Shown piece after piece: positions 44,079-45,156 of a DNA stretch of 45,156 nt. The position numbers and the translations under genes were made by a program. Below the pieces are notes generated by a model that was not told the origin of the DNA, made no database searches, and saw only the letters and a list, made by a program, of their open reading frames with translations. The DNA comes from Clostridia bacterium (GTDB taxonomy: Bacteria; Bacillota; Clostridia; Christensenellales; UBA1242). Position 1 is the stretch's first letter. Each line of letters starts with the position of its first letter. The stretch spans positions 1-45,156 of the forward strand of contig CAAFWB010000003.1 of the NCBI GenBank assembly GCA_900766395.1. The letters are read 5' to 3'.

Positions 44079-45156
44079 TTTGTTACCTCCTTAAAACAAA
44101 CGATTGTGCTATCATCTTCCAAAGTGAAAATATATTCCATTTTATATTCATTTGGTAATTTTAATTCGGGTTTTTCAAGCCTTATGCCATCAAAAGTGAT
44201 TTCAAACTCCCAAACATCTCGCTTTTTGATTGTTAGCCACATATCAAGGTTTTCTTTTTTTATTTTTGTGAGTAGTTCGTTGTATATATCATAAAATTTG
44301 TTTGCAATGCTGATTGGAATGGGTTTTTCATCAAGTCCAATTCCACCATTTATATTAAGCCATTTAAGGTCGTTAAAACTCTCGTTAAACAAAAGTTTTA
44401 ATTCGTCTTTTGTGATTTCTTGCTTTTGTTCCGCAAGAAGAATGAGGCTTGTTTTTCGTTTTAAGTAGCCCACAATAATTTTTATTTCATTTAAAGTTTC
44501 TTTTGTTTGATTTTTGTTTTCATCGATTATCGTTTCTGGCAAATTGTTTAACAACTTTTCGAGCACATTTTTCTTGTTCTTTATTTGCTTTTCAACCTTA
44601 TCTAAAAGCAAAGCATGTTGCTTTATTTGTTTTTCTTTTTGTAAAATTTCTTTTTTGTTTTCCAAAATTTTGTTTATAAATTCAAGTTTTTCATTTTCGG
44701 TTTTAAGTTCTTTTTGCAAAGATTTAAGTTTTTCAACATCATCAAGCACCAAAAGTGTGCCAGAATTTAATTTTTGTTTTTCTAGTAGCATATTGCTATT
44801 TGCTTTTTGCTTGCGATATTGTGTATTTTGATATTCAATATCTTGCTTTTCGTTTTCTATTGCAAGTGGCACATTACAGGTTTCAAAGAACTCAAAATAT
44901 GCTCCGCTGTTTTTGACAAGTCCACATTTTAGTGAAATATACACAAGCACTGTTCCTAAAATTGTATAGACGAGCGTCATATCCGAAAGATATGGAACGG
45001 GAATATCAATAACGACATACAAAATGCTGTAAACAAGAACAAGTAAAATAACGACACTTGGCAAAATCTTTTGCTTTATAGTGGTTTTTTTAACCGAAAA
45101 AACATAAAACAACACGATTGTTGTCAAAATTTCCACAAAAATAAAGGCATAAATAA
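44075..45156 (-). CDS. Membrane coiled-coil protein with kinase-like architecture but no recognisable H/N/G boxes (partial; frame open to the window edge)
   Basis: TM helices, then a long Lys/Glu coiled coil, then a ~120-aa C-terminal domain. The frame has no stop upstream of the GTG at 45136, out to base 45156. Confidence 0.45.
   Translation of the reverse strand, partial: IYAFIFVEILTTIVLFYVFSVKKTTIKQKILPSVVILLVLVYSILYVVIDIPVPYLSDMTLVYTILGTVLVYISLKCGLVKNSGAYFEFFETCNVPLAIENEKQDIEYQNTQYRKQKANSNMLLEKQKLNSGTLLVLDDVEKLKSLQKELKTENEKLEFINKILENKKEILQKEKQIKQHALLLDKVEKQIKNKKNVLEKLLNNLPETIIDENKNQTKETLNEIKIIVGYLKRKTSLILLAEQKQEITKDELKLLFNESFNDLKWLNINGGIGLDEKPIPISIANKFYDIYNELLTKIKKENLDMWLTIKKRDVWEFEITFDGIRLEKPELKLPNEYKMEYIFTLEDDSTIVCFKEVTK

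Noticed and set aside
1-45156. Alternative genetic code (TGA=Trp), suspected from the AT-richness and Lys/Asn-rich proteins
   Set aside because: An RF2 gene with a TGA-dependent frameshift site is present. Several well-supported genes end in TGA (for example the ABC ATPase, the permease and hydB). Conserved proteins read through without needing in-frame TGA.

Overview
AT-rich ~45 kb chromosomal segment that looks like a low-GC, Gram-positive-type (Bacillota-like) strict anaerobe. GGAGG-type ribosome-binding sites (RBS) are common. The standard genetic code is supported by an RF2 gene with the TGA-dependent +1 frameshift. Most genes lie on the minus strand in tightly coupled operons.

Gene content from left to right:
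1. A Zn-ribbon mini-protein, a PIN-like protein and a membrane protein.
2. A ~14 kb surface operon under a consensus promoter: ABC ATPase, a 537-aa exporter-type permease, a 2,055-aa Big_2-repeat protein with a C-terminal beta-helix, and a 1,734-aa MBG/YDG-repeat protein.
3. A MacB-type fused ABC transporter with a single-pass partner protein.
4. A UgtP/MGDG-synthase-like glycosyltransferase and a CwlD-like amidase.
5. An AT-rich islet carrying a lipoprotein gene.
6. gmk, a Zn-ribbon membrane protein and a TM2 protein.
7. A GNAT-type protein, then helD-like, prfB, a hypothetical gene and tsaD.
8. An orphan HicB-like gene and a 72-aa gene.
9. The electron-bifurcating-type [FeFe] hydrogenase genes hydCBA.
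10. nrdDG preceded by tandem NrdR boxes.
11. A LysR regulator divergent from an atypical double-domain ThyX-like gene.
12. A tRNA-Ile(GAU) locus.
13. A HisKA_3 histidine kinase preceded by a kinase-like membrane protein that runs off the window.

I saw no rRNA, CRISPR array, transposase or integrase.

The signal least explained by ordinary annotation is the tRNA-Ile locus (41.9-42.7 kb). One intact tRNA is flanked by two expanded tRNA-derived units, and the 9-mer ATAAGGTGG occurs 5 times forward plus 2 times inverted within 640 bp. Other items worth a second look:
- two ~80-nt three-tier hairpins built on a TTGTCAAG/CTTGACAA helix
- the long ThyX-like protein with its catalytic motifs split between two half-domains
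- the giant-adhesin/ABC operon
- a DnaA-box-like cluster

All functional calls rest on motif recognition by eye. No database search was run.
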